A program made the position numbers and the translations under genes. Shown here piece by piece: positions 20,824-30,390 of a DNA stretch of 64,000 nucleotides. This stretch comes from Candidatus Latescibacterota bacterium (GTDB lineage Bacteria > Latescibacterota > UBA2968 > UBA8231). A model generated the notes under the pieces. It saw only the letters and a program-made list of their open reading frames with translations, was not told where the DNA came from and did no database searches. The stretch covers positions 3,232,001 to 3,296,000 of the forward strand of contig OZ252098.1 of the NCBI GenBank assembly GCA_965248355.1, in the 5' to 3' direction. Positions within the stretch are counted from its first letter, which is position 1, and every line of letters starts with the position of its first letter.

Positions 20824-22193
20824 TGCGTCGATTCCGCACCCCCTCGCTCTTGCTGTTCCTGGCCACGGCCGCGGCCGGCCAGGAGGAACGCGCCATCGAT
20901 CACTTCGCCGGCGTCGGCGTGCGCGCCATGGGGATGGGCGGCGCCTTCGCCGCCCTGGCCGACGACTTCACCGCCCTCTACTGGAACCCGGCCGGTCTGG
21001 CGCAGATGCGGCAGCGCGAGATCTGCGTCGCCTTCCTGCGCAACGCCAGGGAGAACCGGGCCGTCACCGGATTCGGGACCGGGAGCGAGAGCCGGGCCAC
21101 CGCCGACGTGAGCAACACCCGCTTCGGCAGCCTGGGTTTCGTCTATCCCGTGCCCGTCTACCAAGGCAGCCTCGTGCTTGCGGCCGGCTTCAACCGGGTG
21201 AAGGACTTCGACTGGGTTCTCGATCAGCCCCCGGTGCCGGTGGTCCGCGATGCGGCCGGGGCCGTCGTGGGCGACAGCCTCGCCATCGACGACAGCTTCC
21301 TCCACGAGGGCGAGCTGGCCATCACCTCCGTGGCCGGCGCCATCGACGTCTCTCCCTCCGTGTCCCTTGGAGCGACCTTCAGCCTGATCAGCGGCCAGGA
21401 CGATTGGACCTCCGAGTTCGTCTCCATCGACACGGAGGACTTCTTCCACGAGAGCCGCTTCACCGACCGGGAGGCCTTCGTCGACAACTACCGCACCACC
21501 TGGACCGCCACCCTCGGAGCCATGGTGCGCTCGCCCCGGGACGACCCGCGGCTGCGCCTCGGCGCCACCATGGCCACGGGGCCGTCGCACAAGGTCAGCT
21601 TCACCTACCGGGCGCCGCCGCAGACGGCCTTCAGCTCCGTCGAGTTCGACGACGGCCGCGTGGTCGAGGCCCCGAGCCAGGACTTCAAGAGCAGCTACCG
21701 CATCGCCCTGCCCCTGTCCTTCGGACTCGGCGTATCGGGCCGGCCCGTGCCCCAGGTGACCCTGGCCGCCTCGGTCCACCTCACCGAGTGGACCCAGACC
21801 AATTACACCGACGAGGACCCCTTCGAGCTGCGCACCGACACCTCCTTCGAGGACCAGTACGACGACGTCCTGCGCTGGCACATCGGGGCCGAATGGCAGG
21901 TGCCGTGGGCGGCCGTCGATCTGCGCGCCGGGTACTATGCCGATCCCCTGCCCTTCGTTGGGCCCCGGGATCCCACGCGAGCCCCGAACCGGGTCACCAA
22001 CCCGCGGATCCGCGCGCTCCGGGACCGGCGGTTCCTCACCTTCGGCGCCGGCGTCGCGGTGGAGGAGGCGGTGCGGCTCGAGGCGGCCTACACCCGCGGC
22101 GGCTACGAGCAGGCCGAAGGCGAAGGCGAATTGGAGCTGCGGGAGGACGTGGACGTCAACCGCGCCTTCCTGGGGGTCCGCTACCGCTTCTGA
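20823..22193 (+). CDS. FadL/OmpP1/PorV-like outer-membrane beta-barrel
   Basis: Signal peptide; GVGVRAMGMGGAFAALADDFTALYWNPAGL; C-terminal YRF; TGATG coupling to the previous gene. Confidence 0.85.
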   Translation: MRRFRTPSLLLFLATAAAGQEERAIDHFAGVGVRAMGMGGAFAALADDFTALYWNPAGLAQMRQREICVAFLRNARENRAVTGFGTGSESRATADVSNTRFGSLGFVYPVPVYQGSLVLAAGFNRVKDFDWVLDQPPVPVVRDAAGAVVGDSLAIDDSFLHEGELAITSVAGAIDVSPSVSLGATFSLISGQDDWTSEFVSIDTEDFFHESRFTDREAFVDNYRTTWTATLGAMVRSPRDDPRLRLGATMATGPSHKVSFTYRAPPQTAFSSVEFDDGRVVEAPSQDFKSSYRIALPLSFGLGVSGRPVPQVTLAASVHLTEWTQTNYTDEDPFELRTDTSFEDQYDDVLRWHIGAEWQVPWAAVDLRAGYYADPLPFVGPRDPTRAPNRVTNPRIRALRDRRFLTFGAGVAVEEAVRLEAAYTRGGYEQAEGEGELELREDVDVNRAFLGVRYRF

Positions 22194-22312
22194 ACCGGGC
22201 CCCGTGCTGGTCCCGGAGAGCCGCCGAAGTCGTTGACCGGGAGGGCTCCCTCCGTATATTGACCCAGAGCGCCCTCTGCCCGAGGGCGCGGAATCAGACA
22301 GGAGGTGGCGAC

Positions 22313-23035
22313 ATGACCAGATCCCTGACAGGGCTCGTGCTCGCGCTGGTGGTGGTTTCCGCGACCGGGTGCTACACCGTCCTGCGCGCTCCCGGAGGCT
22401 TTTCCCGCTCCGAGGCGCCCGCCTACTCCACTGCCTGGGAGGCTCCGGAGGAAAGGGATCCCCGCCTCGGCCGGTTCTCCAACGAGCGCGACCTGGATAC
22501 CCCGGCCTACGGTTCGTACGGCAGCGGCTTCCCGATCTTCGGCTACGACTCCCGGCAAGGCATGTACGGCTTCGGCTCGCCCTTCGCCTACGGACCGGGA
22601 TACGGCTATGGATACGGGTCCAACTACGGGTACGACCCGTACGGCTACAGCCCCCGCTACGGACCCTACGGGTACGGCTACGACCCGTACTACTCCGGCA
22701 ACACCTACGTGCCCCCCGGATACCAGCTGGTGACCTCCACCGAGCTGGACAGGCTGCGGGCGGGGCTGTCCAGCGGTGGCGGGCCGACCTCGGATTCCCC
22801 TCCGGTCGACTCGTCCGCCCTGCAGGAGCAGCAGCGGCAGACCCAGGAGCGGGCCTGGACCCAGCGGGTCGAACCGACCGCGCGGCGGTCAACCGTCGGT
22901 CAGCGCACCACGAGGACCTCGAGCGGCTCCGGCTCCAGCGGCACGGTTTCCTCCGGCTCCCCGAAGAAACCCGCCTCCTCGGACGAGGAGAGCAGCGGCA
23001 GCTCGGCGGCCAAGCGCCGGAAGCAGCGCCGCTGA
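22313..23035 (+). CDS. Lipoprotein with Gly/Tyr-rich low-complexity core and Ser-rich, basic tail
   Basis: AGGAGG RBS; lipobox ATGC-YT; GYGYGYGSNYGYDPYGY repeats. Confidence 0.75.
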   Translation: MTRSLTGLVLALVVVSATGCYTVLRAPGGFSRSEAPAYSTAWEAPEERDPRLGRFSNERDLDTPAYGSYGSGFPIFGYDSRQGMYGFGSPFAYGPGYGYGYGSNYGYDPYGYSPRYGPYGYGYDPYYSGNTYVPPGYQLVTSTELDRLRAGLSSGGGPTSDSPPVDSSALQEQQRQTQERAWTQRVEPTARRSTVGQRTTRTSSGSGSSGTVSSGSPKKPASSDEESSGSSAAKRRKQRR

Positions 23036-23078
23036 AAGGGACCCGCGCCAAGGCGCGGACGGATCCAGGAAAGACGAA

Positions 23079-23113
23079 AGAGGGGGCGGCTCCCGGCTGG
23101 AGCCGCCCCCTCT
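23079..23113. terminator. Probable bidirectional intrinsic terminator between convergent operons
   Basis: 15-bp perfect stem AGAGGGGGCGGCTCC / GGAGCCGCCCCCTCT with a 5-nt loop, A-rich 5' flank and CCTTT 3' flank. Confidence 0.75.
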
Positions 23114-23144
23114 CCTTTGCGCCGGCGCCCCTCCGTCGAGGGTC

Positions 23145-23867
23145 TCAGTCCCCGCTGACGTCGAAGTGCCGGGTCTGGCGGCTGGGCGGCGGGGCGACGC
23201 GGGCCAGGAACCCCCGCAGCGGCGGGGCCAGGGCCGCCAGCATCTGCCGCTCGGTGCGGTCCCGGCCGCCCCCCAGCAGGTCCAGTTGAACCTGCTGCCA
23301 GCTGCTGTGCCGGCCCTCGTGGCTCCAGCTCTTGCCGGTGGCCAGGTTCACCAGCAGCAGCTGCAGGTCCACGGTGATGTTGACCCTGGGACTGGCCACC
23401 ATCCCGTAGGGGCTCGGCGTCAGCGGCGTCATGCGCGCGTTCAGGCTGCGCAGGGTGACGAAGACGAGAGCGTCGAGTTCCAGCTCGGTCACCATGGCGC
23501 TCTGCAGGCTGTCGCTGAAGACGGCCGCGGAATCGAGGTCCACCTCTCGGAAGTGCCAGCGGATCTCGTCCTGGCCGAGTACCGTGCGGCCGGACAGGTT
23601 GCGCAGGCCTCCGGCCGTGGCGTCGGTGAGCCGTCCCATGACCTTCTCGATGTCCAGGTCCTGCAGGGGCTCGATGTTGGTGGCCGACAGCACGCCGACC
23701 TTCTCCACGCCTTCGAGCAGGGCTCCGAGCTCTTCGTCGGGCACGGAGGGCGCGCGGAACTCGACCGCCGTCCCCATGCCGCCGCTCCCCCGGGCCGCGC
23801 ATCCGCACAGGCACAGCAGGGCCAGCCACCGCGCCGTCAGGCGCCACCTCCCGGCCGGCCGCGCCAC
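23145..23867 (-). CDS. Putative lipoprotein, possibly CsgG/LpoB-like alpha-beta fold
   Basis: Signal WLALLCLCGC; GTG start 2 bp after the Omp85 stop. Confidence 0.65.
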   Translation of the reverse strand: MARPAGRWRLTARWLALLCLCGCAARGSGGMGTAVEFRAPSVPDEELGALLEGVEKVGVLSATNIEPLQDLDIEKVMGRLTDATAGGLRNLSGRTVLGQDEIRWHFREVDLDSAAVFSDSLQSAMVTELELDALVFVTLRSLNARMTPLTPSPYGMVASPRVNITVDLQLLLVNLATGKSWSHEGRHSSWQQVQLDLLGGGRDRTERQMLAALAPPLRGFLARVAPPPSRQTRHFDVSGD

Positions 23868-23869
23868 CC

Positions 23870-26800
23870 TCAGAAGCTCCGGCCGAAGCTGAAGTGCATG
23901 TGCCACTCCCCCATATCCTTGAAGTCGGTGCGCCGGGCGAACTCGAAGTTCAACGGCGCCAGGAAGTAGACGAGCAGTCCGAAACCGACCCCGCTCTGCA
24001 GGCGCACCGTCTCCGCCGCCGGGGCGACGGCGACGTGGGGGCTCTGCAGCGGCCATGGATCGAGGATCTGATCCTGGTTCCAGGCGGTGCCCAGGTCGGC
24101 GAAGATGGCGCCGTCCACGGCGGGAATGGCAAAGGTCCCGGGCCAGCCGAAGGTGATGTTGCGGATGAAGGGGACGCGGATCTCGCCGTTGAGCAGCGCC
24201 ACCCGGTTGCCCGTGAACTCCGAGAAGGGATAGCCCCGCAGGGGGCCCACGTTGAGGTTGTACCCCGGGTAGAAGGGCAGGAACCACGCCGGGCCCCCGA
24301 GATTGTACTCCAGGCCGTCGCGGCCCAGGGAGCCGATCCCCGTGCCCCGCAGTCCGAGCACCGACCAGCGGCCCAGGCGCAGGTAGTGGCGGTAGTCGAC
24401 CTCCACGTGCGTGAAGTTGCGGTCCACCTCTCTCAGCGCCAGGGTGCGGCCGGCGGACAGGTAGTAACGCCGGCCCGCCGTGGGACCAAGGAGCCCGTTG
24501 TTCAGGGAATCGTGGACGTAGGCGGCCTTGAACAGGTGCGTGCTGGAGCCGTCGATCGGCTCCTGCACCGGCCAGGCGATCTCGCGCTGTTCGTCGACGA
24601 AGGAGTAGGACAGCTCGACGCGCCGGTACACGTCGAGGGGATAGCTCATGTCGGCCAGCAGCCCCGTCTGGCGGCTGCGTACGAGACCCCGCGTGAGGCG
24701 CCCGCCGATCCCGTAGTTGCCCTGCAGCGGCCCCCGGCCCTCGTTGTCGTTGAAGTACTGGTTCCAGTTGAAGACCATGGCGCTGTAGGTCGGCCGGCGG
24801 CCGTGGTAGCTGTAGCCGGCGGCAAAGGTGAAGTCGTTGTTGATCTCCTGGGAGGCCACGTAGTCGGTGAACAGGTTGAGGTCGTGGTTGCCGAGCAGAT
24901 CGCTCATGCTCAGGTGGGCGACCCCGGCGAGAAGGCCGCCGTAGCTGCCCACCATCTGCAGCGCCACCCCGTCGAACTCGAGCTTCGGCGTGTACCGCCG
25001 CCGCGGCAGTCCCTCGAGGGCGCCGCCGGGGCCCCCGTCGAGGCGCGCCGTGTTCCGCCGCAGGGCCTCGCCCACGTCCCGCGCGCCGGCAGCGGGTGAT
25101 GACACCCCGGCCTCTCCGGCGGCGTCACCAGCGGCATCGCCGGCGGCGGCCTCCGCCAGCTTCATCGCCTGGTTGGCATCCGCCTTGCGGTCGAGGAGGG
25201 CCACCGCCTCCTCCAGGCCGAGCCGGGCGGCGTTGGCCAGGGGCGTGGCGGCGCTGTCGGCCAGGGACTTCCCTGCGAGGAGGACGGAGCCCGACACCGG
25301 CGGTCCCTCGCCGCCGGCCCCCGAGACCTCCACGGGATCCGCCGGCTCGGCGCCGCGCCGCGCCGCCAGCTCCTCGCTGTGCCGCCGCAGCTCCGGCATG
25401 GTGGGCATGTCCATGCGGTACATCTCCCGCCGGCTGTGGTAGTAGGTGTTGAGCACCAGCTGCTTGCCGTCGGGCGACAGGGACGGGTTCATGATGCCGG
25501 AGAGGGTGCGCGTCAGGCGGTACTCCCGGCCTTCGCCGAGGTCGTGGAGGAACAGGTCGTTGATGCCCTCGCGGGTGGAGACGAAGAGGATCCTGTCGCC
25601 TTCGGGTGTCCACTCCGGCCACAGGTCGTCGCCCGGCGTGGCTACCAGCGTCGACTGGCTCCCGGTGTCGAGGTCGTAGACCTTGATGTCGAACTGGCCT
25701 TTCGACTTGGAGCTGAAGGCCAGCCGCCGGCCATCGGGATGGAAGTCGGGGTGGTCCTCCCGCCGCGACGTCCCGGTCAGCTGGGTGACCTCCTTCGTGC
25801 GCGCGTCCACGAGGTAGAGGTCGCTCTGGCCGTACCCGGTGCCGACGAAGGCCAGGCGGCGGCTGTCGGGCGCCCAGTCGAGCCCTTCGAGGATCTCGAT
25901 GTCGTCGAAGGACAGGACATCCACCAGCTCCTTGTCGTAGAGGTCCCAGAGGACGATGGCGTCCTTCGGGCCGTGCTTGCCCACCAGGGCGATGGTGCGG
26001 CCGTCCGGCGCCCAGGCGACGGTGCCGTCGCCGAAGGTCAGGTCGTCGAAGACGCGAGTGCGCATGCCGGTGGTGACGCGCTGCACCCGGCGGCCGTTGC
26101 TGACGCGGATGATATCGACGTGCTGCTCCACGCCGTCGGTGCTCAGCACGGCGAGCATGTCTCCCCCCAGGGACCACTCCGGGGACATGTACAAGCCGTC
26201 CGCCTCGTCGTCGTCGACCACGCGGGTGGCGAACTCCGACACGTAGTCCCGGTGCTGCAGCAGCGGCCAGTAGCGCTTGCGCAAGTGCGCCTGCCAGCGC
26301 TCGTCGAGAGTGCTCATGTCCATGTCGATGAGGCGCTCGAGGAGCCGGTCCGTGTCGGTCTGCTGGTCCCACACGCGCAGGATGCGGCTCACCTTCTCGG
26401 GCCCGAAGTTGGCCGCCAGGTACTCCATCAGGCTGTGGCTCTGCTTGTAGGCCAGAAACGGGTTCGGCAGGTAGTTCCAGCTCGAGTCCATCACCTCGAG
26501 AGGGATCAGCCGGTCCGTGAGCACCGCGTCGCGCAGCACCATCTCGTCGATGGTGTTCATCTCCTCCGTGGAGTACTCGGCCAGGCCCTCCATGATCCAC
26601 GTCGGCGGCCGGGCGATCGGGTTGGAGATGCGCCGCACCGGCCCCCGGTTCACGATGTCGTACTGGAAGATGTGCATCAGCTCGTGGGTGAGGACGTTGC
26701 GGAAGTCGTCGAGATCGCCGTTGAAGGGGATCACCATGCGGTAGCGCAGGGGCTCGGCGAAGCCGGCCACCCCGGGCGGCAGGAAGGCCTGGATGATGTT

Positions 26801-27148
26801 CGTCTGCTGGAACTCGTAGTGGGACTTGAAGATGACGATGGGCGGCTTGGTCGACAGCTCGTGGCGCATGAGGGCGCTGATGTGGCCGTAGGCCTCCTCC
26901 AGGTATTCCACGGCCCGGTCGGCGAGGTCCTCGAACTCCGGCTCGTAGTGGAGGAGCAGGTGCTCGCTCTCGACGAAGTGCCAGTCGAAGTCCTTGTAGC
27001 GGACCTTGTTCTTGCCGAAGCCCTGGCGCAGCTGGGAGGACAGGATGTCCTGGGCCCAGGCCCCGTCGGACAGCGACCATCCCAGGACCGCGGCCATGAA
27101 CAGGGCGAAGCCCCGGACCCGGCGTTCAGAGGTATTCACGGTGGGCAT
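23870..27148 (-). CDS. Omp85/BamA-TamA-family protein with N-terminal peptidase-MA-like (HExxH) and PD40/TolB beta-propeller domains
   Basis: Signal peptide; FGKNKVRY; HELMH..WIMEGLAEY gluzincin motif; WAPDG/FHPDG/LSPDG repeats; LRGY barrel motif; ends FSFGRSF. Confidence 0.88.
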   Translation of the reverse strand: MPTVNTSERRVRGFALFMAAVLGWSLSDGAWAQDILSSQLRQGFGKNKVRYKDFDWHFVESEHLLLHYEPEFEDLADRAVEYLEEAYGHISALMRHELSTKPPIVIFKSHYEFQQTNIIQAFLPPGVAGFAEPLRYRMVIPFNGDLDDFRNVLTHELMHIFQYDIVNRGPVRRISNPIARPPTWIMEGLAEYSTEEMNTIDEMVLRDAVLTDRLIPLEVMDSSWNYLPNPFLAYKQSHSLMEYLAANFGPEKVSRILRVWDQQTDTDRLLERLIDMDMSTLDERWQAHLRKRYWPLLQHRDYVSEFATRVVDDDEADGLYMSPEWSLGGDMLAVLSTDGVEQHVDIIRVSNGRRVQRVTTGMRTRVFDDLTFGDGTVAWAPDGRTIALVGKHGPKDAIVLWDLYDKELVDVLSFDDIEILEGLDWAPDSRRLAFVGTGYGQSDLYLVDARTKEVTQLTGTSRREDHPDFHPDGRRLAFSSKSKGQFDIKVYDLDTGSQSTLVATPGDDLWPEWTPEGDRILFVSTREGINDLFLHDLGEGREYRLTRTLSGIMNPSLSPDGKQLVLNTYYHSRREMYRMDMPTMPELRRHSEELAARRGAEPADPVEVSGAGGEGPPVSGSVLLAGKSLADSAATPLANAARLGLEEAVALLDRKADANQAMKLAEAAAGDAAGDAAGEAGVSSPAAGARDVGEALRRNTARLDGGPGGALEGLPRRRYTPKLEFDGVALQMVGSYGGLLAGVAHLSMSDLLGNHDLNLFTDYVASQEINNDFTFAAGYSYHGRRPTYSAMVFNWNQYFNDNEGRGPLQGNYGIGGRLTRGLVRSRQTGLLADMSYPLDVYRRVELSYSFVDEQREIAWPVQEPIDGSSTHLFKAAYVHDSLNNGLLGPTAGRRYYLSAGRTLALREVDRNFTHVEVDYRHYLRLGRWSVLGLRGTGIGSLGRDGLEYNLGGPAWFLPFYPGYNLNVGPLRGYPFSEFTGNRVALLNGEIRVPFIRNITFGWPGTFAIPAVDGAIFADLGTAWNQDQILDPWPLQSPHVAVAPAAETVRLQSGVGFGLLVYFLAPLNFEFARRTDFKDMGEWHMHFSFGRSF

Positions 27149-27930
27149 TACCCTTCCTCCGGCGTTTCCCTCGCCGGGGCGGTACCGCGCCGGCGCTCTC
27201 GAGCCGGCGGCAAGCCGTCGATGTCGACGCTGTCCGCCGGGACGCGGCCGGCGCCTTCCACGGCCCGGCGGAGGTGGCCCAGGTTGGCCTGGTACAGCCG
27301 CTTGTCGGGCGCCAGCCGTGCGGCGAACTCATACTCGGTGCGCGCCTTCTCCCGCTCTCCAAGCCGTTCGTACAGGATCGCCAGGTTGTTGTGCAGGCTC
27401 GCCGCCAGGCTGTCCAGGGCGACGGCCTGCTCGAGGTGGATGCGCGCCTCATCCCAAAGGCCCCGTTCGACGCACCACAACGCGTATTCGTTGACCTGCT
27501 GGACCCGTTCCCGGTCCTCCCGGGTGCGGGCTTCGTAGGCGAGCCGCCGGGCCTGCACCACCTCGGGGGACGGGGCAGGCCTCTCCGGAGGCGCGGCGCC
27601 CTGCGCCTCCTCCGGCGGCTCGACGGGACTCGCCGGCGCCGGCTTCCCCGAGGTCGGCCCGGCGCTACGCAGGGAGTCCGGGGCCGCCGTTTCGGGTGTC
27701 GGACCGGCGCTGGCCAGGGAATCCGGGGGCTCGGCTCCGCCATCGGACAGGGCGGCGGACGTGTCCTGTTGGACCTCCTCCGCCTGGGGGGGGTTCCCCC
27801 CCTCCCACCAGGGGGTGGCCCCCTGTCGCGGCGAACGGGCGACCTGGGTGCACGAGGCCGCTGCCAGTCCGAGCAGGCACAGACACAGCTTCCATCGGGA
27901 GGGACGGTGGTTCACGACGAGACCTTGCAT
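27148..27930 (-). CDS. TPR-containing lipoprotein (start 27930 or 27915)
   Basis: Lipobox AASC; Pro/Ala linker; GLWDEARIHLEQAVALD..HNNLAILYERLG TPR pair; stop overlaps the Omp85 start (TAATG). Confidence 0.75.
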   Translation of the reverse strand: MQGLVVNHRPSRWKLCLCLLGLAAASCTQVARSPRQGATPWWEGGNPPQAEEVQQDTSAALSDGGAEPPDSLASAGPTPETAAPDSLRSAGPTSGKPAPASPVEPPEEAQGAAPPERPAPSPEVVQARRLAYEARTREDRERVQQVNEYALWCVERGLWDEARIHLEQAVALDSLAASLHNNLAILYERLGEREKARTEYEFAARLAPDKRLYQANLGHLRRAVEGAGRVPADSVDIDGLPPARERRRGTAPARETPEEG

Positions 27931-27983
27931 CGGGAGGGAGGCGTCGAGAGCGATGGGGAATATACGCACCGGAGACGGCGGTT

Positions 27984-29369
27984 TCATGCCCGGCCGGAGG
28001 CGGCCTGACCGGTTCCGGAGCCGGTGCGCCCGGCCGCCCACCGGACCAGGGCCCCGCCCAGCAGCAGGTAGACGGGACCGTACTCGGCCCACACCACCCA
28101 TCCCGAGGCCTGCCACACGCCCGAGCCGCGGTACGGCACCAGCACCTGGTACCCGAGGAAGGCGAGCCAGCTGAATGCCATCCACGGAGGCCCGGGATGC
28201 ATGGGCAGAAAGGCCAGGATCCAAAGCAGGTACCACGGATGCACCACGGGCGACAGCAGCAGGAGCGCCGCCATGGAGGCCACGGCGGCGCGCACCGGGT
28301 CCCGCCAGCGGGCGGCCGCCGCGACGGTCACCGCCGCCAGCGCCGCCAGGCAGATCCAGCGAGCCGCCATCAAGGCGCCGTCGTCCCACTCCCAGCCGGG
28401 TCTCGGGTCGGCGAGCACCGAGTAGACCAGCCCGTAGAGGCTGTCGTTGTGACGCCACTTGACGGCGAAGGTCCGCAACCCCGACCACATGGCCCCGCCG
28501 GCGTCGGCGTACAGGAGACCGGCGGCGGCCACGCCGGCCGGCACCCACACCAGGGGCCAGCGCGGCCCCGGATCGAGCCAGCGCCGCCAGGCCGGCGAGT
28601 CCGGCCGCGACCAGGTCCGCCAGAAGGCGGCCAGGCACAAGGCCGGGATCACCTTGGCCAGGATCGCCGCCGTCAGCCCCAGGGCGGCCCCGTGCCGGCG
28701 GCCCGACACCAGGAAGAGCAGGGCCAGCATCATCAGGGCCACCCCGAGGACGTCCACGTGGCCGTTGCCGGCGATCTCGATCACGGGCAGGGGATGCCAG
28801 GCATAGAGCAGGGCTCGCCCTGGATTCTGCCCGCGAGCCTTCAGCAGCCGCCAGAGCACGGCGATGAGAAGCAGGTCGCACAGGACCAGGGCCGCCTTCA
28901 TCCCGGTGACCCCCGGCCAAGCGGCGTGGGCCGCCCGGAAGAACCACTGGGCCACCGGCGGATAGACGGTGACGATCTCCGGATGGTTGATCCGGCTCCA
29001 GTCGTCGTCCCGCAGCCACGTCAGGGAGGCCGCGTCCGGCGCCTGGGCGTAGGGATTCTCCCCGGCCGCCAGCACCCGCGCGTCCCACAGGTAGCGGTAG
29101 ATGTCATCGGACAGGGAAGGGGCGGTGTCCAGCAGCAGCAGCCGGAAGAGGACGGCGAATCCGGCCACGATGACCCCGGCCCGGGGCGCGGAGCCGGGCG
29201 AACGCAGCACGAGCCAGCCGGCGTACCCGTAGGCGGCCAGCGCCGGCAGGAGGGCGAGCCACAGCCCGGGCACGTCCTCGGCGAGATCGCCGGCGGTCCG
29301 GATCCACAGGAACACGGCGGCCAGCACGGCTCCCGAGACCAGCATACCCGCGCGCGGATGATTCAGCAT
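27984..29369 (-). CDS. GT-C integral membrane glycosyltransferase (GT87/DUF2029-like)
   Basis: LSDDIYRYLWD..GENPY..TVYPP..YAWHPL..E..GNGH.D..VHPWY; multiple TM helices. Confidence 0.85.
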   Translation of the reverse strand: MLNHPRAGMLVSGAVLAAVFLWIRTAGDLAEDVPGLWLALLPALAAYGYAGWLVLRSPGSAPRAGVIVAGFAVLFRLLLLDTAPSLSDDIYRYLWDARVLAAGENPYAQAPDAASLTWLRDDDWSRINHPEIVTVYPPVAQWFFRAAHAAWPGVTGMKAALVLCDLLLIAVLWRLLKARGQNPGRALLYAWHPLPVIEIAGNGHVDVLGVALMMLALLFLVSGRRHGAALGLTAAILAKVIPALCLAAFWRTWSRPDSPAWRRWLDPGPRWPLVWVPAGVAAAGLLYADAGGAMWSGLRTFAVKWRHNDSLYGLVYSVLADPRPGWEWDDGALMAARWICLAALAAVTVAAAARWRDPVRAAVASMAALLLLSPVVHPWYLLWILAFLPMHPGPPWMAFSWLAFLGYQVLVPYRGSGVWQASGWVVWAEYGPVYLLLGGALVRWAAGRTGSGTGQAASGRA

Positions 29370-29417
29370 GGGCGGCTGCAGTCTGCGGGCAGATGCCTCA
29401 ACATGCGCGCCGACGTT

Positions 29418-30287
29418 TCAATAGTCGAAGAACCCGCCCCCCGTCTTGCGCCCCAGCCGGCCCTGATCGACCAGCCGGCGGAGGCGCTCCGGCGGCGCGT
29501 ACCGGGGACCGAGGCGCGCTTCGAGGGACTCGAGGATGTCGAGGCAGACGTCCAGGCCGACGAAGTCGGCCAGGGCCAGCGGGCCAAGCGGGTGTCCGGC
29601 GCCCAGGCGCATGGCGCGGTCCAGGTCCTCGGCCGAGGCCACCCCCTCCTCCAAGGCCCGGACCCCCTCGGCGATCATGGCGAAGAGCAGCCGGTTGACG
29701 GCGAACCCCGGCCGGTTGCCGACCTCGATCGGGGTCTTGCCGCAGCGGCGGGCCAGTCCCGCCACGGCGGTCACCACGGCGGCGGAGGTCTGCGGCCCGG
29801 CGACGATCTCCACCAGGGGCATGACCGGCGGCGGGTTGAAGAAGTGGAGGCCAACCACCCGTTGCGGGCGGCCCGTGGCCGCGGCCAGGGCAGCCACGTC
29901 CAGCCCCGAGGTGTTGCTGGCGATCACCGCCCCGGCCGGCAGCAGGCGGTCCAGCCGGGCCAGGACGCCCCGCTTCAGGTCCAGGCGCTCGGGAACCGCT
30001 TCGATGGCCAGGTCCGTGTCCTCCTCCATGTCCGCCAGCCGCGGCAGGGCGCTCAGGCGCCCGGCCATCTCTTCCAGGTCGCCGGAGACCTCGCCGCGCC
30101 CGTGGCGGCGGCGCACCCTGTCGCGCAACGAGTCGACCGCCGCCTCGAGGACCGCGCCGGAGGCATCGTGCAGCCCCACTTGCAGACCGGCCTCGAGGAG
30201 CACCTGGGCGATGCCCCGGCCCATGGTGCCGGCGCCGATGACGACGCCCCGGGCGAAGGTCAAGGGATGCTCGGGAGGGGAATCCAC
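29418..30287 (-). CDS. 3-hydroxyacyl-CoA dehydrogenase family protein
   Basis: GAGTMGRG, EAVPE, ASNTS, GLHFFNP, GPLALADFVGLD, GRLGRKTG. Confidence 0.92.
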   Translation of the reverse strand: MDSPPEHPLTFARGVVIGAGTMGRGIAQVLLEAGLQVGLHDASGAVLEAAVDSLRDRVRRRHGRGEVSGDLEEMAGRLSALPRLADMEEDTDLAIEAVPERLDLKRGVLARLDRLLPAGAVIASNTSGLDVAALAAATGRPQRVVGLHFFNPPPVMPLVEIVAGPQTSAAVVTAVAGLARRCGKTPIEVGNRPGFAVNRLLFAMIAEGVRALEEGVASAEDLDRAMRLGAGHPLGPLALADFVGLDVCLDILESLEARLGPRYAPPERLRRLVDQGRLGRKTGGGFFDY

Positions 30288-30390
30288 GCCGGCACAAGGT
30301 AACCGGCCGCCATCAGACGCCGCCAGCGCCGCTTGACCGCACGCTCCGCGGCCTTTGGTTCACTTGGATTCTTCATCTCCGGAGGCTCTC

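Noticed and set aside
27696..30302. 868-aa plus-strand ORF and similar long Arg/Pro/Gly-rich ORFs across the window
   Set aside because: They overlap well-supported genes on the opposite strand or frame and have typical GC-rich shadow composition.
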